DNA from: Haplodiscus bocki
Lineage: Eukaryota
Length of the DNA stretch: 64,000 nucleotides
NCBI GenBank assembly: GCA_965655095.1
Contig: OZ296651.1
Coordinates: 40,858,001-40,922,000, forward strand
Reading direction: 5' to 3'
Positions 14,801-26,500 of this stretch are shown here, piece after piece. The position numbers and the translations under genes are program-made. The notes under the pieces are model-generated. The model searched no databases. It was not told where the DNA came from and worked only from the letters and a program-made list of their open reading frames with translations. Within the stretch, counting starts at the first letter, position 1. Each line of letters starts with the position of its first letter.

Positions 14801-15743
14801 TGCCATGAAAACCTGAACAGTGACGGTTATGCCAAATTTCCTAAAAAAAACCTGAAAAAAATGCATTTGGAAGACCTGGCTGTTTTAACAAGACAATGCC
14901 GCAATCCACAATTCGAGACAAATCGCCAGTTGTTTCTCTTCTGCAAAATGAGAAACCATCTAATGGCCGGAATAAAGTCTCGATCTAAGTTTCTACTTTG
15001 GATTCTAGCTTTGTTTTTTGATTTATTTGGTTAATATTATTTCATTTTTCAAGAACATCGAAAGTGTCCGGTGCTTTTTAGTGCCCTAGTGTATGTTTCG
15101 ATCACACCTTTTTCTACAGCCCAATGTTTAAAAATTTGCACAATAAACGCGAAAATTAAAAATGTACTACCCACACTGTCTCATTCAAAACATTGATGTT
15201 TCAGACATGACCTTTTAGGACGCTGTTGTTCATTTTTCAAACCAATGTTCAAACTGATTTTTTTGAACGCAAAAATAAACACACCTGACAAATATATCGA
15301 AAGAGGCCGTTTTTGATCGTTTAAACTAAATGACTAGTTTTCGAAGACGAAAAACAAATCTTGAACAGGATGAAAAAACGTTGCAGAAGCATTACTAACG
15401 CATCATTAATTGCCCTTTTTTTCGCGATATATCAAACCTTAGTTCTCAGTAGGAATTGCAATGCAATCGTCGAAGGACGTCTTGTATTGCAGACCATCGA
15501 TCCTGGTCTCAAACAACCCTGAAATCTGGCATGCATACCGAATATATTTGTTTTACTTTCAAATGATGACATCGTCAACGAACCTTTGAGCAAAGTTTCT
15601 TCAGGCACTTCTTCAATGAAACATTTGCGCTCAGTCTCCGAAATGTGGAAATAAAGCCCATTCGATAAGAAAGGGAACAAAGCTAAAAGCAAGAAGGCCA
15701 GACACTCAATTCTGGCAGTGAAACTCATCGCCCAAGACAACAT
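11896..15743 (-). CDS. TMED9: Transmembrane emp24 domain protein, p24-alpha subfamily (TMED4/TMED9-like), 4 exons: 15743(or 15728)-15584, 13669-13449, 13164-13018, 12045-11896
   Basis: Signal peptide then [18 protein letters not shown]; GOLD domain [18 protein letters not shown]; coiled coil [12 protein letters not shown]; [16 protein letters not shown]; TM helix; FF and KKLV-stop tail. All introns are GT-AG with compatible phases (1,0,0); about 220-225 aa. TMED4 versus TMED9 cannot be resolved. Confidence 0.95.
12608..12754. mobile_element. ~150-bp pogo/Tigger-like MITE in TMED intron 3
   Basis: Imperfect terminal inverted repeats TCCGGTTATAATGTC / GATGTTATAGCCGGATTTTACTATA, with internal xTATAAC subrepeats. 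Confidence 0.5.
14440..15160 (+). mobile_element. Internally deleted, decayed Tc1/Tc3-like transposon in TMED intron 1
   Basis: [10 protein letters not shown] (~14889-14918) followed by WPE*SLDL (~14963-14987) matches the Tc1 'QDNAPIH...WP..SPDLNPIE' catalytic motifs. Confidence 0.65.
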
Positions 15744-16508
15744 TCGATCCCTAAAAACGGAAACCTTCAACCACATTCGGAAGATACTGTCAATAAAGAA
15801 TATAGCACGAACGGTTTCTGATTGCTCGTTATTCAAAAATTGTGGTAAAAATCTGTTCCGCGGTTTTGCACGAAAAATAACTGCGAGCGAACTGAAAAGA
15901 TTTTCTGTACTTCTGGCTCCAAAAGTATGTAAAGACCGGAATAAATCTTAGGAATAAATCTTAGACATTTCAAAAAGTGAAACTATATCTTTGACTGTGA
16001 TTTCCCACTTTTCAACAATCCTGGCAGCATTTTGTGCCAAAATTGTCCATGAATTTCTCGGAAATTTTGAGAAACGTCGTCATTTTCCAGCTACTTCTAT
16101 TTAGTTAATGATGTCGCTCCGAGATAAAAATTCCTGAATAGGGTAAAAACAAGGTTTCTCAACAAAATTAAATTGATAGGATACTAAAAAGCCAATTCGA
16201 ATGAATAGGAGAGTTGCAAAAATAATTCGCATACGGAGAAGAATTGAGGAGTTGGATTTGTTCCAACCGCCGAAGCTCAAATCGATTGCAACGCAAATGA
16301 TACAAGATTCTTCATTGTTCAGTATGTTGTGTACTTTCAACTGTTATGAAAATTTGGTCAATAACATCGAATTTTGAGTTCCCCCGAATAAGCTTTACTG
16401 CAATCCAGATTTAATTTTTTTTTCAAATTCACACTAGTAATTCAAAATTGGAATAAACTTTCCAGCAAAACTTTCCACTGCCAGATCTTTCGTGGACAAA
16501 TTTTATTT

Positions 16509-16967
16509 TCCGCACATAAATATAGGAGGAAAATCATCCACTCAAAACGAGTTTTTTTACGTTTACTTGCCAATTGAAAATGTCCGACGGTTTTGAATTG
16601 GAAAATTTTTAATCACCAAATTACAGCAAATTTGCCATAGAATGAGTCTGAAAAAAAAAGATTTCTCAAATACCTACGCATTTTTTTGAACAAACAAGGG
16701 TTTTTTGAAGAAAAATTGATTTTTTTCAAAATTGGTTAAAGGTGGCAATTTTGCTGTAGAATGCGTATCCAATGACACGATGTCTTTCGATTTCAAGATG
16801 TCTTTTTCCCTCCTAAATCGATGTTTTGCAAAAAATCAGAAAATTTTCAAATTTCAAAAAGTTGAAAAATTTGATGATTTTTTTCCCAAAAATAACGCTT
16901 CATCCTTCTAAACGGCATCTTTGAAAAATTTGGAAAATATTCCGCAGGTACCCGGGTTTCTTGTTCA
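16509..16967. repeat. Interspersed ~450-bp repeat, copy 1 (copy 2 at 26783-27208)
   Basis: Collinear similarity with 26783-27208 (TACGTTTACTTG.CAATT, GGTGGCAA.TTTG..GTAGAATGCGTATC, TTCATCCTT..A..GGCATCTTT). Confidence 0.8.
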
Positions 16968-18595
16968 TTTACCATCTGCATTGAAAAACTCACTCACACT
17001 CTACGTTTCATGCGTTATGAATCATCACTAATAATGCGTTTTGATACTTATCGCGTCTCATGTAAAAGCTTGCATCCAAGGATGATTTTTAGATCAATGA
17101 ACAAACCCATTTGAGGGCAGTCTAAAAAAACTGGTAAACGTTAGTATATTTAGTTCACAATCTCCTCACATCATTTGGGCAATCGACCTTCAACATCAGT
17201 GAGTTCAGCCGCTGAAACTGAAGTGGAAAGAAGCAGCACCAGAAATATTTGAATGGTCTCTTTATAAAAACGCATGGAGGAGCAGATCAGAACAAAGTGA
17301 AATGAAGAGACTATGTTTCAAACCCAAGGCCACCAAGTAAGGACAAAACAACTCAACTCATATATACAAATACATAGACACTAATTATTAATTTATTAGC
17401 CAACAACTAATTATTTTCTGCCAACTCAAAATATGCGAAAACAGTTGTTGAAAGCCATGAACTACATGCAATAGGAAAAATGTCAGAAGCGTGTAGTAAC
17501 TGTAGTTTTTGCTGCAGACCTAGCAAGACAATTCGGCAAATTATTTATCCGTCCCTAAATTTGACGTATGCTCCAGAAGTAGCGTATGACACCAGAAGCT
17601 GCGACCCCGAAGGTGATTAGCAGACGACGGTCAGTGAGAACCCAACTCCACCCGCAAAGGTAGATTTGGGGAAAAAATTGGAAATCAATTGTGCCCGAAA
17701 GGTCTCCCTCCGTCTCCGGCCTAGTGGAATCAGGGGATGGTATCCGTTTGAAAAGAATGAAGACACTGCCCAAAGGCGGAAAAAGGTGGACATACAGGAC
17801 AGGTGGAAATTGAGCAGCGCAGAGACTTTGCCAAAAAGTTTCAACACAAAATCAAATATCATCTTAACACCAGTTTGGCTCAGATAAATACTACAGTGGG
17901 TTCCAAGTACAGAGAATCGGTATAAAATCGGAATCCACCTAACGTGTATGCATACTGAGGTCCCACCCTTGTCTCGGCTGAATTAAACCGCCCCTGATGA
18001 AGCCCTACCCCAGAAAATGCGTGTAATCGGTCCTTGGCGCAAAGCGTTCAGTGTTTCCTATCCATTAGTTTTCAGCAAGTATTTGATGTTCCATAAAATC
18101 CAGTAATCATCAAAGGTGAAAGAATTTCGTCTCAAAGATTTCCAGCGGCATTTGACCGTATCATTCTGTCGCGCGTACAGGGGTGTAGGTAAACTACTTA
18201 TCAAGTATATTTACTATTGCTCGCTTTAGCTAATATTGCTAAGCGGCTTCGGCGGCCACACGTCTGCGTTATCGTGTAAGAAAGTCTCAAACGCTTACAC
18301 CGTTATTAGCTTTGTAAAGTTGCTTTCCTAAGCCGCACGGACAAAGTTGCGTAAGTTCTACTAGCAAGGATTTGGTGAGCAAAGAAAGAACACAAAATGA
18401 GAGATGAATTATTTGGTAAATAAACGGAAATGGCAGTCAATCTAATAAATGCAAAAGTGCACAAGATAAAATTTCGGAAGGGTGAGTTTATTAGGGGCAA
18501 GATTTGAGCAATCTAAATCATTTAAACTCAGCAGCAACTTTCATAAAAACAACGAACGTATTAGTTAGTATTAAAATTTCTCAACGATTTATAAA

Positions 18596-19099
18596 ATGGC
18601 AAACAGGAACTCGCCACAATCTCCCCCGTTACAAGACCAGGTCCCAAATCAAATGAGGATGGGGATTGAAATTCTTCTAGATCCCGATATGCCTGAACCC
18701 GAGCTGACTCCTTCCCCGGTAGCTGGGGATCATGGGTCTGATAACTTCTCGGGGCTCTTTTACCGAGTGGACGTGGAGGCTCTGGAAGAGTGGGCTAATG
18801 TAACTAACTTTATGATGGGCGGTCTTGGGTTCTCAGTAGAAGAGCCAGAGATTACATCAAATTTCTGTGATTTCATCCGAAATATGTATGGGAAGAATTG
18901 GGCGAGGCGAATTCTCCGCTACATCACAATGATAATGGAGCAGTTAAAAGCTCTAATAACAGGCTTCTGTAAATTGACCAATTACCAAACAACACAGTGG
19001 GCAGAGCGATTTGACAGTTGGCCTCCTCCGACACTTCGAGTCCAGCTTAAGGGACTGGCGGAGTCCGGGCGGGTCCTGGCCTCTGGGTCTAAGTCGTAG
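18596..19099 (+). CDS. Intronless orphan ORF, 167 aa, unknown function
   Basis: Uninterrupted ATG-to-stop ORF, more GC-rich than its flanks, AAAATGG start context, AATAAA about 110 bp downstream. Pro/acidic N-terminus. No family recognised. Confidence 0.5.
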   Translation: MANRNSPQSPPLQDQVPNQMRMGIEILLDPDMPEPELTPSPVAGDHGSDNFSGLFYRVDVEALEEWANVTNFMMGGLGFSVEEPEITSNFCDFIRNMYGKNWARRILRYITMIMEQLKALITGFCKLTNYQTTQWAERFDSWPPPTLRVQLKGLAESGRVLASGSKS

Positions 19100-19470
19100 G
19101 TGGTGTGGAAGTAGTCCACATCACAATATGTATTCTGCTTTAGCGTTTGCTCCGCAATATAGTAAAATATTGTGATGGTATAAAAAGCGCTCATAATACT
19201 TCAAAATTTAATAATAAAACTCACAAGCATTAAATTCATCCAAAATTTGTATCGATTACATAAATGGAGATAGTCATCAAAATTATTTTTACAAATTTTT
19301 CCAAAGAAAATGGAAATATGTATCAAAGTTAAGGACTAAGCTGCGGTAATGTTTTTTGGCCTTTTCTGACTAGAACGAAATATTACTTTCTTATTTTGTA
19401 ACTCAGGCTTCGCCTTTAGTTTTTTAATTAGGGTCTATATTTAATTGTCTTATTAAGTTCAACTTCATCT

Positions 19471-20070
19471 AAGCCTCTGGTAACATGCCATAAAAGCAGT
19501 CGACCAAGTCATGTCTCTCAAATGCCAATTAGGTGCGAACCAAGAGCTAAATCTTGTGGTATTACCGAACGGGATATCAGATTTCATTTAAGACTCTGGT
19601 AACATGCCATAAAAGCAGTCGAGCGAGTCAAGCTTCTTAGGTCCTCTTTTTGTCAAGTGTGAACCGGTGACGAGGAATTTATATGCATTTTACTTTTTTA
19701 GGAAAGAATAGTTCTTTTAGCCTTTTATTTAAAACCCGAGTAACCTGCCTTAACATAGCAATAGGGCAAAAGATCTTGGATTCCCCGTTTTTCCAACAAC
19801 GAATAAATTTTCCGGATTTATTCGAGAGGTTAAAGTATTTTGGGTTTTATCTACTGCTCAGGTATGGCTCGCTGTAAGCAGTCCCAGGCGATTTTCTTTT
19901 AGTCCCTTAACCCGAACGCGGCAGTTCCTTCGCGATTTATCGAGAGGGATTACATGTTGTTTTTAGCTTTTATCTATTACTCAGGTAAAGCTCGCAATAA
20001 GCGGCACCTGTTGATTTTCTCTTAGTCCCTTTTTAACTCGAACGCGGCAGTTCCTTCGCGATTTATCGAG
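19471..20070. repeat. Two pairs of local direct repeats (periods about 119 and 124 bp)
   Basis: CTCTGGTAACATGCCATAAAAGCAGTCGA at ~19475 and ~19594; CGAACGCGGCAGTTCCTTCGCGATTTATCGAG at ~19913 and ~20039. Confidence 0.9.
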
Positions 20071-20221
20071 GATTTCCTAGAAAATGACTGGAGATAAACT
20101 CCACTAGATCCGAGCAAAGTTACCACTTCCGAATACCGAAGTTGGGTGAGGATACCTGTACCTGTAGATTGACTGCGGGGTGAAGCCCCCTTGTGTTGTC
20201 CATTCGGGATGATGCTGATGA

Positions 20222-20736
20222 TGAAATTCGGCTAAGACACAATTTGAAGATGTATTAGAAAAATTTCGGTAAGATGCAATTGAATTTCGGCAGAGACACA
20301 ATTAGGAAATGTGTTGGAATAATTTCGGTAAGATTCAATTGAATTTCGGCTGAGACACAATTAGGAAATGTGTCGGAATAATTTCGCTAAGATGCAATTG
20401 AATTACGGCTAAGACACAATGTGGAAATGTCTTGGAATAATTTCGCTAAGATGCAATTGAATTTCGGCTAAGACACAATTTGGAAATGTCTTGGAATAAT
20501 TTCGGTTAGATGCAATTGAATTTCGGCTAAGACAGAATTTGGAAGAATAATTTCGGTTAGATGCAATTGAATTTCGGCTAAGACAGAATTTGGAAATGTC
20601 TTGGAATAATTTCGGTAAGATGCAATTGAATTTCGGCTAAGACACAATTTGGAAATGTCTTAGAATAACTTCAGAAAGATGCAATTGACTTTCAGCTAAT
20701 ACACAATTTGAAATTGTCTCAGAACAAATTCGCTAG
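20222..20736. repeat. Minisatellite, about 9 copies of a 59-bp unit
   Basis: Unit TGAATTTCGGCTAAGACACAATTTGGAAATGTCTTGGAATAATTTCGGTAAGATGCAAT, starting at 20222, 20281, 20340, 20399, 20458, 20517 and onward. One unit has a short deletion; the terminal units are diverged. Confidence 0.95.
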
Positions 20737-20837
20737 CTCCAAAAGAAAAGAACTGGTAAGGTAAGAGAAGAGGAGTTGAAAGTTAAGGGTAAAAGAGTTT
20801 CGCCTCGGGTAATTAGGCAAATGAGCGGGAGCGAGCA

Positions 20838-20893
20838 ACTGAAATTTATGGCTGACCGCTGGGTATTTATACCCCGTTTGGTCACGTGACCAA
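20838..20893 (-). promoter_or_regulatory. Candidate Pol II core promoter: palindromic E-box + TATA + Inr
   Basis: Perfect 16-bp palindrome TTGGTCACGTGACCAA (20878-20893), minus-strand TATAAATA (20871-20864) and TCAGT initiator (20842-20838) at canonical -31 spacing. Confidence 0.6.
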
Positions 20894-23536
20894 GCATGTC
20901 GTCATGTAGCCAAGAGGAAAGTCCCGCTAGGCTGGACGAATTAGGATTTTTGTTTCTGTAAAATTAATTCTTGAAATTGTGCAATTTCAACCGAATATTT
21001 CGAGCTGTGAGTCAATTTGTATCCTGTCGCCATAGTGGCGGCGATTACTTGTATCTATTTATTTTGTGGCCATTAACTCCCGATTTTATCATTCCACTTG
21101 CTGTAGTAATCAGCTCTACCAGGGGCTTGTATTAGTTGGAGTCAACAATTATCATCAAAATTTCGAGCTGTTGGTTTGGTAAGTAAATTCCACTTCCTGT
21201 ATTATCTTACCAGTTTCGCAAGTCAAGTTTATATAGCAAATATACAAACGGCACTAATCACATTGGGTATTTATTTGAAAATTATAATTTATCGAGCTCT
21301 TCATTTATCACCGAAAATTCTCGAGGTTAGTTTCAGTTTTACGTTAAATTAGGATTAGAATATAGCGCCTTTTCTAAGGTTTGAGCGTTCTCTGTAATGC
21401 GATTATTCCGCAGCCGAAGTGATCTTTTTCCGTCCTGTTGTGTAATCCATTCGGAGAAATTAATTCCAATTTTCCTTAGTTGGCAAATAACGAGTATTTC
21501 CTCAAAAAATGAACTTTACATTTTTCTTTGACTGAATGATGACTTTTTTAAATTTAGTCTTTGCTTTTCTATGTTTCCTCCAGCTACTACCCATTATTCA
21601 GCAATCCCGTACAGAAAGAGTCCACAGCATTTTTGGCTATTTTCAAAATTATACTCGCGAAACAAAACGGCTCGAGCAATAATTTCTGAATTCTTCAACT
21701 ATGGACCCACAACCATATTTATCATCGATACTAAATTCAATTTCTGGCATCAGTTCGATTACTGAGAACATGCGAGGTTACATCATAATTTTTCCCGCCA
21801 TTTTTACATAGAAGGACAAAAAAACAATACGGAATTCGGGGTTTTTCGACGTTTAATTTGCTAATTCAAAACATAGGCTTCAAAGATGCAAAGTATTAGG
21901 CGTTAAGAAATTAGCATAGTAAAAAATGAGGTAAATTGTCGTGCTAAATGACAATTTGAAAAATCCGTGCCAGAATTTTGACAACGATGTTGTCAATATT
22001 TCCATTCTGACTGAAACAGCAATAATTTTTCTTGCATATTTAAATATGCGGCAAAAAATTAAAAAATCACGTGACTATGACGTCGCTACACGCGTTGCTA
22101 GCCTTCATTAGATACGCCTCTCTGCCAATAATCGATTGTAGTGGCAAATGTTTGCTCGCTCGATCAAAGGGACATTATTTGGGACAATGTAAATCCCTAA
22201 CATTTATATCCTACGAATTTGTAGCAATAATTATATGGTGTTATCATCCACAAAATAGTTTGTCACAGCATAAGTAGCCAGTACATTTTCGTTCCGCACG
22301 AAACTGACTATAAGCTAACAACCTTTAGCAGAACATGCAGGTCAATGGCTTTCAATTCTTCCAATTTGCAGTTTAGGCAAAAATTTGCATGCACCAATTC
22401 AACAGAACAGATTATTTAACTAACATCTAAAATAAATTTAGTAAGAATTAATTTGACATTAAATCCATTGGGGCAGAGGAAGACCAACAATTGGCAATCG
22501 AGGGCCTGAAGAACACGAATGCAAAACATAACGTAATCAAGGCCCGTTGAAATATGAGCTTCAGAAATTCTTGCAATGCACACATTTAGAATATAAATTT
22601 CAATGAATTTTCTTCAAGGCTCTTCAATCGAAAAGTCTCGAACATTTCAAACATTTTTGCCGTAACGTTATCACCTGTTGGTCAGAACTACACTAGTCGA
22701 CAAAATTAACCGTCAGTTTATTTCCAGTAAGAGACAGTATTCAAGTTCAAATTTCAGACAAGTTTTCACTTTAAAAAACTTGTAGAAGCAAAAGATTCTC
22801 AGTATTTGAAGCAACTTTATTGTTACTTTTTGTTTGGCATTTGAACTAGTATTTGAGAAGTTATGATTCCCTAATTTTTACACGTTTTCGACCATTTACA
22901 AAAGTTTTTGACGAATATCTCCTTATACACAAGAAATGTCGGTAACTTCATAAGTGCTTTTTTGTAGCGAAGGATTTTTTCTAAAACTTGCAACTGTAAC
23001 ACACTTTTGAGAAACAAACTCCTGAGTAGCGGTCGAATAAAATCTGGATTAACACCTTATCCCCATGTATCAAGATCGGGAATAGAGAGTAATTTTAGTT
23101 CTCGTTCAAAAATTCAAGTATTCTAAATTGAAATCATCGATATTTGCCGATGTTTTTTGCTTCAAAAAAGTAAACAACCTGTAAATATTTAGCCTTCGAG
23201 AATTTCAGTCACGAGTTTTGCACACTTTACGGGACAATCTCAGACATCATTTTTCTGAAAGTGAGTACGTTAACTCACTGATCAATTCACACGATAGCAC
23301 CAATGAATTGTTTATTCAGAGTCATTTTTCGAACCGAACAACAACTGAAAGAAATAATAAAGGAACGAAAAAGGCTCTAACCAGCAGTAACAGTAAAGTT
23401 CATGTACAAATAATTTGCATCTATTTCATTGATTATTGCTTGTAATAATTAGATAAATTAATAATTCTTGTTTTAGTGCAACTGTTGACCCTGATGCAAC
23501 TAGACGTAGAGGTTCCGCGGTGACAAAATGGAGATG

Positions 23537-26500
23537 TTAGGTGAAAGATGAATCAACACAAAATTGCGTTTCCGTCTCGGGCTCAGGAATATCAGGATCA
23601 CAGGAAGCAATTTGGGTGGATGCATCTTGATATAACGTCTGAAAAATTAAATTGTCAAAATAGGTAAGCACACTTTTCGCCCGTTAACCTTGTTCTATTT
23701 GCTTTGCCTGTACCAAATTAACCTTGTATGTACCTGTTAACCTAAGCAACGAAAATAAAGAAACCGCAGTCCGAAACCAACTCAGAGTCAGTGGAGCTCA
23801 TCGAGAAGCCGTAGACTCTATTAAGGCCTGTACAACTTCGACGATTTCAGAGTCATTGGAAAAGCAAATGACACTGTAATATTCGGACACTCTGCATTCT
23901 AAAAAACACCGACTACAAAAATGTCTTTCAAGCACGATCAATAGGCATCAAATTTTTGATTAATGCCTAAGAAATTTGAAGAACTCCTCTTTGAGTGTTT
24001 AAAGCTGCATTGGAAAAGTAAATGCAAAAAAAAGAATTCCTGGCCCTCCCAGCATTTGGCTAATACAAGTACAGAAGCAATGTAACTCTACTCACGGCTC
24101 TAATTTGTGCAGTAAAGCGACGATAAATGTCTTCCCTCAAGCCTTCCTCTAAAGGACTGTCGCACTGCTGCGACAAGGGATTCGTGTGGAGACTTTTCAT
24201 GAGAGTGCCTAGCAGCACTTTCATTTCATTCAAGTCTTTCATGGTCCTTTGGAACGTTTCTTCATCCAGAACTACACCGTTGGGCACGAGTGTTGCGGCC
24301 TGGGGTGTGACTGTGGATTCTACTGTAGGGGTCAAGACATTCGGAGGGAGTGGCATAGTATTGGGACGCGTTGGCGGGTGGGTTGCTTGTTGAGAAGACA
24401 GAGGTTTGTGTTTCAGAGAAGAAGCCAGAGAAAGAAGGTTGCTCGGCGGAGGTGGCATTGAAAACAGAGCCGGAACATTCGACCTATTGACACACAACAC
24501 AGAATTTAAAAATGTTTGTAAACGGCGTGGGTACCAAAGTTAACACTCATAAGAATTTCGTAGTTTCGCAACTAATTGATTATAAATTGAAATGAGAATT
24601 AACAAGACGGCCGACTAGCACCGGCATATTTTCCGCCCAATTACACGGTTTTTAATCAACTTTTGCAAACAGCTAAGAAACGAGATTACTGTTTTGAGTC
24701 GTTTTTAAAGGTTTTCCACAAATAGCAATTCCACCACTGATTTCTACAATTTTTGGCATTATTGACTTACCAGGCCTCCGAAGCAAAATACTTAACCCAA
24801 GGTATTTTTCTGAATTACCATTTGAAAATTTGAAACTATCTTATGAGATCTTGATAGTGGAAATCCAGCCCGTACTTTTAGAGAAAATGAGCTTGACTAT
24901 AAAAAAAAAGACACTACAAGTTGCACTCTTGCCAATTTCAGCCTAAAAAATTTCGAAGGCAGTGAACATATTTCGGAATATGTTTTTCGAGTAACCTTAT
25001 ACACAATTAAAAATGTCCACTGAGATCTTGGTGGAAGAAGTCCAGTCGGTAGTTTTGGAGAGAGGAGCTGGAATCTCAACAACCACATGCATATGCAAGT
25101 TTTGGAACTCTCAGCCAACCATGTTTCCGCTGAGAGCAATAAAATTTAGGGTTTCATATTTCTATTCAAAACTAAAAACTTCCCTTGATGCAAAAATGCA
25201 GCAAAAAATTGATTCTAATACAAAGAAGCACCATAATAAGTATACATGATTTTTGGCAATTTAGGGTTAGCAAAAAGGATGCAAAAAGATATGGAAAATT
25301 AATCAGTTTGTACGAAAACACAATTGTTGATGGAGACCTCGTGGGAGAAAACTTGACAGTTGTTTCGAGCGAAACCGATTTTGCATTTCAAACGAAACAG
25401 ACCAATGATCAATTTTTGCCCATCAGGTTTCCGAAAAAAGCCAACTTTTTGAACATTGGCCTGAGAAATGACTCCTTTGCTACTTCTGAGAGTTTCTAGT
25501 GCTTCTGGAAGTTTCCGGCGCAGCCTATCACTTGTCCGGTGCGAAACTGTAGAGGGGGTATCAGAAAAAGATGTCGAAAACTTTTTGTCTGACAGAAAAA
25601 TTCGTGAGGGAGCCTTATGGTGTTTCTGAAAGTTTCTGGTACCAAAAAAAAATATGCAAAACTGGGTATCGCGAATGTCGGAAATTTCTTAACTGAAAGT
25701 ACCGAAATATTTTGTGGAGGAACTTTTTTGTGTTTCTGAAAGTTTCTGGTATCGAAAAGTTTTGTGCAAAAAAGGGATTTTTCGTCGAGAAATTTTTGTG
25801 TCACAGTACCGAAAATTTTCGTATAAAGGACTTGTTGGTGTTTCAGAGTACTTTGCTGTGCTTGACACAGGCTGCATTTGCATGCTTTAAAATATTATGC
25901 CGGGAAAGCAATTTGGGGAAAATTAGAAAATTCGTTGTGATCTTGGAAATAAAAATATTAATAACAATGTGAAAAAACAAACTACCTACAAAAATCAGCA
26001 TTTTATTTCATAAAGGACCGACTGAAAACCGGCGGAAAATATGAATTTTGACAGGAGTAGAAAAAAACAATCCTCATAATTGGAAATTGTACTAATAACG
26101 TAAAATATTGTGAAAAAAATTAAACGTAAATACCGGGATTCGAACTTGTACCTAGCGCTTCAGAACCCTGTTGTTCTGCCCACCGTGCCATGGGAATCAT
26201 TGCAAGTTCTGACAAATGACGATGAAACCATAAAAATATATGACACGACGGAGATTCGAACCCGGACCTATAGCTTGAAAAATTTTTGTCCAAACCCCAC
26301 TGCTGAGATTTATTTTTGAATAAAAAGAGTAAGCGGAAAAAGACTGAAAAAAAGAAAAACCATCCCACAGAATGAATAATTTTTCTTACATAATTAAGAA
26401 AATTTGGCGAAAAAAATCACGCAAAAAATGTTTACATAAAAGTTTTACAACTCAACTGATATGTTGTTCAAATTCCAAAAATAAGGTGGCACTACTATTA

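Noticed and set aside
20222-20736. CRISPR-like array
   Set aside because: Contiguous tandem units with no unique spacers, no cas genes, and eukaryotic context.
17396-22323. 4.9-kb DNA transposon bounded by AGCCAACAAC/AGCTAACAAC as a target-site duplication
   Set aside because: The match is imperfect and no terminal inverted repeats lie inside it; probably chance.
26132-26305. Functional tRNA genes
   Set aside because: A/B boxes are present but acceptor and anticodon stems do not pair convincingly, and the units lie inside a repeat.
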